Origin: Christensenellaceae bacterium
Lineage (GTDB): Bacteria > Bacillota > Clostridia > Christensenellales > SZUA-584
Direction of reading: 5' to 3'
DNA length: 64,000 nt
Assembly: GCA_963666505.2 (NCBI GenBank)
Contig: CAXXXL010000002.1
Span: forward strand, 26,507-90,506
A program made the translations under genes and the position numbers. Position 1 is the stretch's first letter, and the number at the start of each line of letters is the position of its first letter. Of the stretch, positions 44,952-56,499 are shown piece after piece. The notes below the pieces were generated by a model, which worked only from the letters and a program-made list of their open reading frames with translations, made no database searches and had not been told where the DNA came from.

Positions 44952-46187
44952 TCAGACTCCGTACATATATCGGCGCTGCTCTTGTGTAAGCTCGTCAATT
45001 TTGATCCCGAGTGATTCGAGCTTCAGTTTGGCAACAAAATCATCAAGCTCACAAGGCACGTTATAGACTTTGTTCTCTAAGCTGCCTTTATGTTCTACAA
45101 GGTATTTTAAAGACAGTGCCTGCAATGCAAAGCTAAGATCCATAATCTCTGCCGGATGCCCATCGCCTGCGGCCAGGTTTACAAGCCTGCCTTCCGCAAT
45201 CACATAAAGCGTTTTTCCGTTAAGACTATATCCTTGTATGTTGTTTCTTGCTTCAAAGCTCTGCTGTGCTGTTTTTTTAAGTTCAGCTACCGCTACTTCG
45301 ACATCGAAGTGACCTGCGTTGCACATCATCGCTCCGTCTTTCATAAGCTCGAAGTGCTTTTGAGTTATAACATCACTGCAGCCGGTTACCGTTATGAATA
45401 TGTCGCCAAGGCATGCCGCTTCGTCCATTGTCATAACAGAAAAACCGTCCATTACGGCCTCTATGGCACATACAGGGTCTACCTCAGTAACCACCACTTT
45501 TGCGCCGAGTCCCTTTGCTCTCATAGCAACGCCTTTGCCGCACCATCCGTAACCTGCCACGATAACAGTTTTACCTGCTACAACAAGGTTGGTAGTCCTC
45601 ATTATCCCGTCCCAGACTGACTGGCCCGTACCGTAACGGTTGTCGAAAAGATGCTTGCACTGTCCGTCGTTTACAGCAATGACCGGGAATTTCAGTGTGC
45701 CGTTTTTCTCTTTTTGTCTGTAGCGCAGCACGCCTGTCGTCGTTTCCTCGCATGCGCCAATTACGCTGCCGGACTTGCTGGCAAGCGTTGTATGAAGCGC
45801 TTCTGAAAGGTCTGCGCCATCGTCAAGCACAAGATCCGGCTCGTTGTCGAGCGCCATTGAAATATGCTGCTCGTACTCTTCCTGAGTCGCTTTGTGCCAT
45901 GCGTAAACATCCATACCGCCTGCAGCCAGAGCTGCTGCGACATCGTCCTGAGTGGACAGCGGATTAGAGCCTGTGACAGACATTTTTGCACCGCCGGCTG
46001 CAAGCACACGACAAAGATAGGCTGTTTTTGCTTCAAGATGTATGGAAAGCGACACCTTTAGCCCTCTGAAGGGCTGCTCTTTTATAAACTGCTGCTTTAT
46101 CGACGAAAGAACAGGCATATGGCTTTGAACCCAGCTTATCTTTGTTTCACCCTTGCCTGCAAGTTTTAGTTCTCTTACCTGACTCAT
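44952..46187 (-). CDS. ahcY: adenosylhomocysteinase-family hydrolase (short ~410-aa form)
   Basis: 411 aa. EETTTGV, FPVIAVNDG..KHLFDNRYGTGQS, and the NAD-binding GYGWCGKG. It lacks the ~40-aa insertion of the long bacterial/eukaryotic forms. Confidence 0.88.
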   Translation of the reverse strand: MSQVRELKLAGKGETKISWVQSHMPVLSSIKQQFIKEQPFRGLKVSLSIHLEAKTAYLCRVLAAGGAKMSVTGSNPLSTQDDVAAALAAGGMDVYAWHKATQEEYEQHISMALDNEPDLVLDDGADLSEALHTTLASKSGSVIGACEETTTGVLRYRQKEKNGTLKFPVIAVNDGQCKHLFDNRYGTGQSVWDGIMRTTNLVVAGKTVIVAGYGWCGKGVAMRAKGLGAKVVVTEVDPVCAIEAVMDGFSVMTMDEAACLGDIFITVTGCSDVITQKHFELMKDGAMMCNAGHFDVEVAVAELKKTAQQSFEARNNIQGYSLNGKTLYVIAEGRLVNLAAGDGHPAEIMDLSFALQALSLKYLVEHKGSLENKVYNVPCELDDFVAKLKLESLGIKIDELTQEQRRYMYGV

Positions 46188-47069
46188 CTATATCATCTCT
46201 TTCACTCTTTTTTTCAGGTATTGCGCAAAATCGTCTTTAAGATCGTTACGGCTGAGCGCCTGGTCTACTGTTGCCTTCAGAAACCCAAGCTTATCGCCTA
46301 CGTCATAGCGGATGCCCTCGAACTCATATGCGTACATGCCCTCTTTGTTCATAAGTGTTTTAAGCGCATCCGTAAGCTGTATTTCGTTGTTCTTTCCCGG
46401 AGCCTGGTTCTCCAGTATGTCGAACACCTGCGGCGTTATTATATATCGCCCGAGTATTGCTATGTTGGACGGTGCAGCAGATGCTGACGGTTTCTCTACC
46501 ATATCGCAGACTTCATGCAGCCTGCCTTTGGTTTCTTTATCTGCAGGCGCTATTATGCCGTATTTATCAACTTCGCTGTGCGGCACTCGCTGAACGCCGA
46601 TTACAGATCTTTGATGTTCGTTATATACATCAATAAGCTGGCCTATTGCCGGTTTTTCAGAAACTATCATATCATCACCCAGCAGCACAGCAAAAGGTTC
46701 GCCTCCCACAAAGTCACGAGCGCAGCCTATTGCATGCCCAAGACCTCTTGGTTCTTTCTGCCGGACGTAAAACACGTTGACAAGATTTGATATGTCTTCA
46801 ACAAGGCTCAAAAGCTCTTGCTTTCCCTGCCTTTCGAGCTCTGCCTCAAGCTCGTAGGATTTATCGAAATGGTCTTCAATAGTGCGTTTGCCACGGCCTG
46901 TTATTATGATTATGCTCTCTATACCGGCGTCTATAGCTTCTTCTACTATGTATTGTATCATTGGTTTGTCTACGACCGGAAGCATCTCTTTGGGCTGAGC
47001 CTTAGTTGCAGGCAGAAATCGGGTCCCGAGTCCGGCGGCTGGTATTACTGCTTTTCTTATTTTTGTCAT
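46188..47069 (-). CDS. galU: UTP--glucose-1-phosphate uridylyltransferase
   Basis: ORF track gives 46188..47090. The ATG at 47069 ([32 protein letters not shown]) lies 4 nt after GGAGGG. 293 aa. Confidence 0.92.
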   Translation of the reverse strand: MTKIRKAVIPAAGLGTRFLPATKAQPKEMLPVVDKPMIQYIVEEAIDAGIESIIIITGRGKRTIEDHFDKSYELEAELERQGKQELLSLVEDISNLVNVFYVRQKEPRGLGHAIGCARDFVGGEPFAVLLGDDMIVSEKPAIGQLIDVYNEHQRSVIGVQRVPHSEVDKYGIIAPADKETKGRLHEVCDMVEKPSASAAPSNIAILGRYIITPQVFDILENQAPGKNNEIQLTDALKTLMNKEGMYAYEFEGIRYDVGDKLGFLKATVDQALSRNDLKDDFAQYLKKRVKEMI

Positions 47070-47211
47070 ATTACCCTCCATTCTTTGCATTACTGCAACT
47101 TCGCTATTATACTACATTTTGCCTCTTTTTTGTTTACTTTTTTATTAATAATATACTCTATGTTGTTTTTTTAACATAACTTTTCCGCCCTGCAGAGCGC
47201 TGAAAATATGC

Positions 47212-47240
47212 TTGACCAAAACAAGTGTTCGGGTTATAAT
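47212..47240 (+). promoter_or_regulatory. dinB promoter (TTGACC-N17-TATAAT)
   Basis: TTGACC at 47212-47217, 17-nt spacer, TATAAT at 47235-47240. Confidence 0.65.
47218..47231. promoter_or_regulatory. candidate LexA (Cheo/SOS) box 1, weaker
   Basis: AAAACAAGTGTTCG compared with the Gram-positive consensus CGAAC-N4-GTTCG. The left half is AAAC instead of GAAC and the right half is perfect. It lies in the promoter spacer. Confidence 0.4.
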
Positions 47241-47246
47241 GATATT

Positions 47247-47260
47247 AGAATATTTGTTCG
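47247..47260. promoter_or_regulatory. candidate LexA (Cheo/SOS) box 2
   Basis: AGAATATTTGTTCG is GAAT-N4-GTTC, one core mismatch from the consensus. It lies just downstream of the -10, around the expected transcription start. Confidence 0.55.
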
Positions 47261-47273
47261 GTTTGGTGGTTCT

Positions 47274-48515
47274 ATGGATAGGGTAATACTTCATTGCGAT
47301 TTGAATAGTTTTTTTGCTTCTGCGTCTATGCTTTCTCATCCGGAGCTTGCCGGGAAAGCCGTTGCTGTCTGCGGAGACGTTGCCAAGCGGCACGGCATTG
47401 TGCTGGCAAAGAGCATGCCGGCAAAACGTGCGGGCATAAGGACCGGAGAAGTTTTGTGGAAAGCAAAGCAGCTGTGCCCCCATCTTATCACGCTTCCTGC
47501 CGACTATCAGCTTTATATGAAGCTTTCTAAAAGAGTGACCGGGATATATGAGCGCTACACAGGCCGGATAGAGCCTTTCGGCATAGACGAATGCTGGCTG
47601 GACATCACCCCGCACAAGACTTCTGAGAGCTACGGCAGAGACACTGCAGAGGAGATAAGAAAAACTGTGAAAAACGAAACAGGGCTTACGGTTTCCATAG
47701 GCGTTTCATGGAATAAGATATACGCTAAACTTGGAAGCGACTACAGAAAACCGGACGCAGTCACCGAGATAAGCCGTAAGAACTACCGTGATATTGCATG
47801 GCCTCTGCCCTGCCGCGACCTTATATATGTGGGCAGGTCCACCGGCAAAACGCTGGAGAAAGCCGGAGTCAACACCATCGGCGATATCGCCAACTGCCCG
47901 AGGCCGTTTTTGAAAGCGCTGCTTGGAAAGAACGGGCTTACTCTGCACGACTTTGCCAGCGGCAACGACGCTTCGCCAGTGCAGAGCATAGACCACACTT
48001 ACATTGTAAAAGGCATAGGCAACAGCATGACGACCGTTCATGACCTAAACAGCGACATTGAAGTGAAGCAGGCTTTTCTTATACTGGGCGAGATGGTCGC
48101 CTACCGGGCAAGAAAAAAACGCCTGCAGGGAAGCGTTATCGGAATATATCTTAGAGACAAGGACCTTGTAAGCATCACACGGCAACTAAGCCTTGGCCGC
48201 TCTACGTTCGTTTCAGACGAGTTGGTTGAGCACGCCATGACACTTTACCGGGCCAACTGGGACGCCGCAAAACGCCCCATACGCTCTATAGGCCTGCGGC
48301 TGGAACGCCTGTCTCCCATCGGGCTGTATACCCAGATGAGCTTTCTTGACCCAAGGCGCATCTTTCTTCAGGACTTAGAGTTTGCAAAGGACGATATAGT
48401 TCAGCGGTTCGGCAAGGAAGCTATCACTCGTGCGAGCCTTATGAAAACAACGGTGGTCGAAAACAACCCCAAAGAGCAGCACATCGTTCATCCGCTTTCT
48501 TTTTTCAGGATGTGA
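47274..48515 (+). CDS. dinB: DNA polymerase IV (Y-family translesion polymerase)
   Basis: ORF track gives 47208..48515, but that start lies on the promoter. The ATG at 47274 yields MDRVILHCDLNSFFASA, the canonical N-terminus. SIDE-like GIDECWLD motif. 413 aa. Confidence 0.9.
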   Translation: MDRVILHCDLNSFFASASMLSHPELAGKAVAVCGDVAKRHGIVLAKSMPAKRAGIRTGEVLWKAKQLCPHLITLPADYQLYMKLSKRVTGIYERYTGRIEPFGIDECWLDITPHKTSESYGRDTAEEIRKTVKNETGLTVSIGVSWNKIYAKLGSDYRKPDAVTEISRKNYRDIAWPLPCRDLIYVGRSTGKTLEKAGVNTIGDIANCPRPFLKALLGKNGLTLHDFASGNDASPVQSIDHTYIVKGIGNSMTTVHDLNSDIEVKQAFLILGEMVAYRARKKRLQGSVIGIYLRDKDLVSITRQLSLGRSTFVSDELVEHAMTLYRANWDAAKRPIRSIGLRLERLSPIGLYTQMSFLDPRRIFLQDLEFAKDDIVQRFGKEAITRASLMKTTVVENNPKEQHIVHPLSFFRM

Positions 48516-48852
<337 letters not shown>

Positions 48853-48856
<4 letters not shown>

Positions 48857-50121
48857 ATAACTTCTCCTCTCATTATTGCATTCTTTATCTCTTTGAGACG
48901 CACCTGTGCGCACTCGTTTTCTTTTGCTTTTGCAGCAACACGCACATAACGCTTCGAATATCCTTCCGTAAAGCCCGGGAAAACTTTTGACTTTTCCTCA
49001 AATAAGACTTCGTCAGTTCTCCCAATCAACGAACTTAAGTATCCATGTTCAAGCTTTTCTCCGATTGATATCAATTGTTTTGCACGCTGCCGGGCAGTTG
49101 CTATTTGGATTTTTGGTTTCATATCATATGCCTTTGTCCCTTCTCTTGCAGAGAACGGGAATACGTGCAGCCTCGAAAAGCCTGCTGTTTCAATAAAGGC
49201 TGCTGTTTCTTCGAACTCTTCCTTAGTTTCACCCGGAAAACCCGTAATAATATCTGTAGTTATTGCAGGAGTATCGAAGTGTTTCCTTAGCAACTCCAAC
49301 ATCTTTAAATATTCCTGTGGAGTATATTTTCTGTTCATTCTTTCCAGTACAGTTTTTGAACCGCTCTGAAGAGAGAGGTGAAAGTGCGGACACAGATTTT
49401 CAGAATCAGACAGTCTTTTTACGAAGTCCTCGTCTATGATGCCCGTTTCGAGTGAACCCAGCCTTGTCCTGACTTCAAGAATATCAAGTGCCTTTACAAC
49501 GTCTGCCAGGTCTTTGCCATCGTCATTATAAGAGGCTATGTGTATCCCTGTCAGGACCAGCTCTTTAGCACCGCCGGATGCCAGCGTTTGTGCTTCTTTA
49601 AATATCTCATTGAATTTTCTTGAACGTGACCTGCCACGCACGTACGGGATAATACAGTAACTGCAAAAGTTATTGCAGCCTTCCTGTATCTTGATCGTCC
49701 CTCTGGTTCGTTCACCTGGCGTTGTTATGCTCATTTGCTCGAAGCCGCATTTATCGATGTTGCGTACGATGCTGATGGAATCTCTGCCAAGCAATATATC
49801 GTCGGCGATATCGGCTATTTCGCTTCTGCTATCTGTTCCAATAGCAGCATAAACGCCCTCGAACAAGAGCGCCTTGTCCGGATCTTTCTGCGCCATGCAT
49901 CCTGCGACTATGACTTTACCAAGCTTAGCAGCACGCCTTATCATTGAGCGGGATTTTTTATCTGCCGTTCCTGTTACCGTGCAAGTATTAACAACGACGA
50001 TATCGCTTGGCTCGCCGAAAGGGACAGCTTTGTAGCCTCTTTTTTTGAACTGCTCCTGCATATATGTTGAATCGTATGTATTTACTTTGCAACCCAGCGT
50101 ATAAAACGATACCGTCTTCAA
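48853..50121 (-). CDS. mtaB: tRNA (N6-threonylcarbamoyladenosine) methylthiotransferase, radical SAM
   Basis: 422 aa. N-terminal UPF0004 domain (FYTLGCKVNTYDS), radical-SAM CNNFCSYCIIP and a C-terminal TRAM-like region. Confidence 0.88.
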
Positions 50122-50831
50122 TATTTCATTTGTCCTTTTTCATAAAAACAAGCCGCAAGCACGGCTATCCCCGCAGTTTCGGTACGAAGTATCCGCCTGC
50201 CAAGTGTTACAACAACAGCGCCAGCATCACGCATACTCCCGATCTCTTCCTTCTCGAAGCCGCCCTCGCTTCCTATCACAATTGCTATATCATCAACGTC
50301 TGTGTCCAGCGCCTGCGAAAGCTCTTTTATCTGTTCTTCTTCATAGCAGGCTATCAGCAGCTTGTGTCTCTTCATCAGTTTAAGCGCATTATTAAAGTTT
50401 TGAACGTCACTTACTTTGGGCACAATACTCCTGCCGCTTTGTTTTGCAGCAGAGAGAGACACTTTTGTCAGCTTTTCCCCCTGACCATTTGGGCGCTTAA
50501 CACAGCGTTTTGACAGAAAAGGTACGATTTCATATACACCAAGCTCTACCGCCTTGTCTACAATATCGTTCATTTTTGCCGATTTTGGATATGCCTGATA
50601 CAGAGTAACTTTGATATCGGGTTCTGCATTGCCTTTTTCTTTTTTTATGACATCTGCGGTTATATCTCTGTCGACATTGCTGATAGCACAGAAATAGTCA
50701 ACGCCGCTTCCGTCGATAGCTATGAACTCGTCACCGGTTTTCATACGCAGCGAGTTCTTCATATGGGCAGCTTCATCACCAGTGATCTTTAAGCTGTTTT
50801 CATATACTTCATCGGAATAAAATCTTCGCAT
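50118..50831 (-). CDS. rsmE: 16S rRNA (uracil1498-N3)-methyltransferase
   Basis: 237 aa. RRFY start, PUA-like N domain and SPOUT C domain (IGSEGGF, LGRRILRTETA). Confidence 0.9.
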   Translation of the reverse strand: MRRFYSDEVYENSLKITGDEAAHMKNSLRMKTGDEFIAIDGSGVDYFCAISNVDRDITADVIKKEKGNAEPDIKVTLYQAYPKSAKMNDIVDKAVELGVYEIVPFLSKRCVKRPNGQGEKLTKVSLSAAKQSGRSIVPKVSDVQNFNNALKLMKRHKLLIACYEEEQIKELSQALDTDVDDIAIVIGSEGGFEKEEIGSMRDAGAVVVTLGRRILRTETAGIAVLAACFYEKGQMKY

Positions 50832-50832
50832 G

Positions 50833-51747
50833 TTACTTCCTTACTGCAAGCGCTCTCCAGTCGGCCATAGCAAGCGTTTCAATTACGCTGAAACCGTTTA
50901 TTTCTAGAGACTTCAGAACATCATCAAGCCTGTCTTCTATTATACCAGATATGATATAGACAGTATTATCTTTCATATATTCTTTAATGCTGCCATTAAG
51001 TCTTATTATGATATCAGCAATTATATTAGCAAAAACTACATCATATTTGTATATCTGTGCATTCTTAAGAAGGTCCGACTGTATAGCTTCCAGTTCGACT
51101 CCGTTACGCTCTGCGTTCTCTTTTGTAACTTCAACGCTTACACTGTCGTAATCGAGCGACGTTATTTTTTCTGCTCCTAGTTTAGCTCCGGCTATTGAGA
51201 GTATACCAGAGCCGCATCCCACATCCAGCAATGACCAGCCTTTGTTATCAGGTTTATACTTCTGCACAAGCTGCAAACACATTTTTGTAGTTTCGTGAAC
51301 ACCCGAGCCAAAAGCCATCCCAGGGTCCATTTCAATAACTATTTCTTCCGGTGCTTTATCATATTTCTCCCATGTCGGTTTTATTATAATATTGCCTGCT
51401 GCACGAAAGGTTGTAAAGTTCTTCTTGAAATTTTCGTTCCAGTCAGTATCTATAACTTCGTCTATTCTTAGCTCCAGACTGCCTGTCTCTGTTATTCCGC
51501 TTTCACTCAGCGTTAATAAGCTTGATTTTATTTTATTCAGTGTTTCTTCGAAGCCGGATTCTCCATAATAAGCAATGATGATTGTTTCAGGCATGCTTTT
51601 TGCATCCTCACCGTACTCGTCACCCTTTGCCTGCGGGACAGAGCCGCCCTTTATCTCAACTCCTGAAGCTCCTGCATCTACTAAAACAGACGATATCAAA
51701 TCGCCTGTCTTCTCGTTAGTTTTTATACTGACCTTTTTCCAGTTCAT
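50833..51747 (-). CDS. prmA: ribosomal protein L11 methyltransferase
   Basis: 304 aa. DPGMAFGSG.HETT and DVGCGSGILSIAGAKLGA motifs. Confidence 0.92.
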   Translation of the reverse strand: MNWKKVSIKTNEKTGDLISSVLVDAGASGVEIKGGSVPQAKGDEYGEDAKSMPETIIIAYYGESGFEETLNKIKSSLLTLSESGITETGSLELRIDEVIDTDWNENFKKNFTTFRAAGNIIIKPTWEKYDKAPEEIVIEMDPGMAFGSGVHETTKMCLQLVQKYKPDNKGWSLLDVGCGSGILSIAGAKLGAEKITSLDYDSVSVEVTKENAERNGVELEAIQSDLLKNAQIYKYDVVFANIIADIIIRLNGSIKEYMKDNTVYIISGIIEDRLDDVLKSLEINGFSVIETLAMADWRALAVRK

Positions 51748-51748
51748 A

Positions 51749-52861
51749 CTATTTGCCCTTTACACTGTCAAAAAAGCTTTTTTTGTTTTTACTAAGTTCC
51801 TCGAACTCTTTTAGCAGCTTCTTCTGCTTTTCTGAAAGTTTTTTCGGAGTTTCGACCTTTATCTGAACGTACAGGTTTCCTTTCCTGCTTGAATGCAGGT
51901 GCTGAATCCCCTTATCTTTTAGCCTGAACATAGTGCCAGTCTGAGTTCCCGAACTCATTTTATATTTTGCTTTGCCGTCCAGTGTCGGAATAATGAGCTC
52001 GTCCCCAAGTGCAGCCTGGGCAAATGAAACGGGCATTTCAAGATAAAGGTCATAGTCGTCACGACGGAAGTATTCGTGCGGCGCTACCCTTATGTATATC
52101 TGCAAATCTCCGCTTGGTCCGCCACGCTGGCCGGAGCTTCCTTCGCCCCTAAGCGTAAGTATCTGGCCGTTATCTATTCCTGCCGGAACGTTTACTTTGA
52201 TAGTTTTCTGCTGTCTCTTAATGCCTCTGCCGCTGCAGTCGCTGCACGACTCTTTTATTATCGTTCCTCTGCCGCCGCAGTCCGGGCAATCGACAACATT
52301 GACTATGTTGCCGAAAATCGACTGCGTTTGCCGTCTTATCTGTCCTGTTCCGCCGCACGTTTTACAGGTTTCCGGCTGTGTGCCTTCTTTTGCGCCTGTT
52401 CCGCCGCATGTGCTGCATGTTTCATTCTTGTTTATCCTGACCTCTTTTGCTGTCCCGAAAGCAGCTTCTTCGAATGTTATCCTAAGGTCTGCTCTGATAT
52501 CTGAGCCGCGTACAGGGCCATTCCTGCGATGCGAAGTGCCGCCGCCGAAGAAAGATTCAAATATGTCTCCAAAACCGCCGGCGAAATCTCCGAAACCGCC
52601 GAAACCGCCACCAAAGCCGCCGCCACCGTTTTGGTCGAAAGCAGCATGCCCATACTGGTCGTACTGCCTGCGTTTTTTCTCGTCACCCAAAATTTCATAT
52701 GCTTCGCTGACTTCATGAAACTTTTCCGGTGATCCGGTGTTCTCTTTGTTTGTATCCGGATGGTGCTGCTTAGCAAGCTTTCTGTATGCCTTTTTTATTT
52801 CTTCGTTGGTTGCGTCTTTTTTAACGCCCAGCACTTCATAGTAATCTCTTTTCGTTGCCAA
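51749..52861 (-). CDS. dnaJ: molecular chaperone DnaJ
   Basis: 370 aa. J domain with HPD, a Gly/Phe-rich region and four CxxCxGxG zinc motifs. Confidence 0.97.
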   Translation of the reverse strand: MATKRDYYEVLGVKKDATNEEIKKAYRKLAKQHHPDTNKENTGSPEKFHEVSEAYEILGDEKKRRQYDQYGHAAFDQNGGGGFGGGFGGFGDFAGGFGDIFESFFGGGTSHRRNGPVRGSDIRADLRITFEEAAFGTAKEVRINKNETCSTCGGTGAKEGTQPETCKTCGGTGQIRRQTQSIFGNIVNVVDCPDCGGRGTIIKESCSDCSGRGIKRQQKTIKVNVPAGIDNGQILTLRGEGSSGQRGGPSGDLQIYIRVAPHEYFRRDDYDLYLEMPVSFAQAALGDELIIPTLDGKAKYKMSSGTQTGTMFRLKDKGIQHLHSSRKGNLYVQIKVETPKKLSEKQKKLLKEFEELSKNKKSFFDSVKGK

Positions 52862-52900
52862 AATATACGTACCGCCTAAACAGATTTTTTTACTGCTCTA

Positions 52901-52936
52901 CAAAGCCAAAGCAGCTAATAAACTGCTCTGGCTCTG
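52901..52936 (-). other. stable stem-loop in the dnaK-dnaJ intergenic region (no U-tract)
   Basis: The minus strand reads CAGAGCCAGAGCAG - 8-nt loop - CTGCTTTGGCTTTG, giving 14 bp including 2 G-U pairs. It is followed by TAGAGCAGTAAAAAAA, so it is not a canonical intrinsic terminator. Confidence 0.5.
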
Positions 52937-52966
52937 CAAAGAATTTATTGATTGTTGTTTATTTTT

Positions 52967-54835
<1,869 letters not shown>

Positions 54836-54844
54836 CTATATAAA

Positions 54845-55414
54845 TTATTTACTTACTATTACCATGCTGTGGCGCAGTATTTTATCGCCAAGCATATATC
54901 CTTTTTGCACAACCTGCACAACAGTATCCGGTGCGACACCTTCTTGCGACGGCGCCTGCTGTATTGCTTGATGCAGGTTCGGATCAAACAGTTCTCCCTG
55001 CGCAGGTATTTCTTTAACACCCATAGAAACAAGTATTTCCGCAAGCTGTTTGTACACCATCAAAACACCTTCTGCAAGAGCTTTATCAGTGGAATCTTCA
55101 ACGTGGCTCAGCGCCCGCTCGAAGTTGTCCATGACAGGAAGTATCTTTACTACTGTATCTGCACAACCATCCTGTATAGCACATGAAACTGCAGATTGGT
55201 TGCGTTTTTTATAGTTATTGAAATCGCTGAAAGTTCGCTGATAGTTGTCGAGGTATGAATCTCTCTCTTTCTGCAGCGCTTCCATTGCTTTTTTCATCTT
55301 TTCAACATGCTTTTCATCCGTCTTCTTAGTTTTTTCATTTGTTATTTCAGCGTTGGCTTCTGCCTTACTGTTTTCTGTTTCGCTTTTCTGCTTTTTTGTC
55401 TTATCTTCTTGCAT
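54845..55414 (-). CDS. grpE: nucleotide exchange factor GrpE
   Basis: 189 aa. Lys/Glu-rich N-terminus, DNFERA-type motif (VMDNFERAL) and C-terminal GYMLGDKILRHSMV. Confidence 0.95.
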   Translation of the reverse strand: MQEDKTKKQKSETENSKAEANAEITNEKTKKTDEKHVEKMKKAMEALQKERDSYLDNYQRTFSDFNNYKKRNQSAVSCAIQDGCADTVVKILPVMDNFERALSHVEDSTDKALAEGVLMVYKQLAEILVSMGVKEIPAQGELFDPNLHQAIQQAPSQEGVAPDTVVQVVQKGYMLGDKILRHSMVIVSK

Positions 55415-55429
55415 CTTTTCCTCCGCTAA

Positions 55430-56479
55430 TTATTTATCACTTTCATCCAGCCCGGCAATATCGGACAATATACTGTTCATGCTGCTGCTTACGTATCCAA
55501 GAATCGACACTATTTTTGAATAGTCCATCCTCGTCGGGCCTATTACACCGAACGAACCGAGTGATTTGCCGCCTATCTTATAGGTCGCCGTTACTACACT
55601 CATGTCTTTTAGCTCTTCCGCTTCATTCTCATGACCTATCGTTACCGAGAACTCCAGCTTCGTAGCTTTTTTCATCATGTCATACAGCATATCCCTTGCT
55701 TCAAGTACGGACAGAAAACTCCTGGCCTTCTCCACGCTCATAAATGACGGGAAATCTATTATGTTCTGAGTCCCCCCAAGGACTATGCCCTGCCTTCCGT
55801 GTGGTTCTACACTTGTTTCGATTGCAGAAAGTATTTCAGATACGAACTCACTGTTTCCCTTAACATTTTCTTCAAGCCCGGTTATAAGATCTTTTTCAGC
55901 ATCTTCCAGCGTCTTGCCTGCAAGTTTATCCGTAAGAAGATTTGAAATCATCTCCATTATGCCGGATTTTATGTCCGCCGGAACTGAAATCACTGTATCA
56001 TTCACAAGCCCTGCATCTGTAACGACCAGCAGTATCGCTCTGCGCTCTGTTATTTTTACTATCTGGACGCTTTTAATTATCGACTTTTTAAGCTGGGGCC
56101 TAAGTACCATCGAAATCTGATGGGTCGTCTTTGAAAGCACCTGCGCAGCCTTTTCCATTACCTGCTCTATCTCGGACATTCTGTCTTCGAAATAGCTTCG
56201 GATAAGCTCTGACTCTCTGGTATTGAGCTTCGATATCTTCATAAGTCTGTCGACATAATACCTGTATGCCTTGTGAGACGGTATCCTGCCTGCAGAAGTA
56301 TGCGGCTGAACAAGGAACCCAAGCTCCTCTAAATCTGCCATCTCGTTTCTTATTGTGGCGGAGCTAAAGTCTATGTCGGTCTTTTTTGAGATCGTCCTTG
56401 AGCCAACGGGAAAACCGGTCATGATGTAATCATCAATGACAGTTTTTAATATACATAGTTTCCTTTCGCTTAAGTCCAT
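55430..56479 (-). CDS. hrcA: heat-inducible transcription repressor HrcA
   Basis: ORF track gives 55430..56506, but that start lies inside CIRCE. The ATG at 56479 (MDLSERKLCILKTVIDDYI...PVGSRTISK) lies 5 nt after GAGGTGA. 349 aa. Confidence 0.93.
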   Translation of the reverse strand: MDLSERKLCILKTVIDDYIMTGFPVGSRTISKKTDIDFSSATIRNEMADLEELGFLVQPHTSAGRIPSHKAYRYYVDRLMKISKLNTRESELIRSYFEDRMSEIEQVMEKAAQVLSKTTHQISMVLRPQLKKSIIKSVQIVKITERRAILLVVTDAGLVNDTVISVPADIKSGIMEMISNLLTDKLAGKTLEDAEKDLITGLEENVKGNSEFVSEILSAIETSVEPHGRQGIVLGGTQNIIDFPSFMSVEKARSFLSVLEARDMLYDMMKKATKLEFSVTIGHENEAEELKDMSVVTATYKIGGKSLGSFGVIGPTRMDYSKIVSILGYVSSSMNSILSDIAGLDESDK

Positions 56480-56499
56480 ATATCTCACCTCATTGTTTG

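Noticed and set aside
47145-47615. A 156-aa minus-strand ORF spanning the dinB promoter and 5' end.
   Set aside because: It overlaps the well-supported dinB N-terminus and the promoter and SOS boxes. It has Arg/His-rich odd composition and no RBS.
52092-52718. A 208-aa plus-strand ORF with a striking proline/lysine repeat ([20 protein letters not shown]).
   Set aside because: It is the reverse-complement reading of the Gly/Phe-rich region of dnaJ ([11 protein letters not shown]). It is an artefact of the opposite strand.
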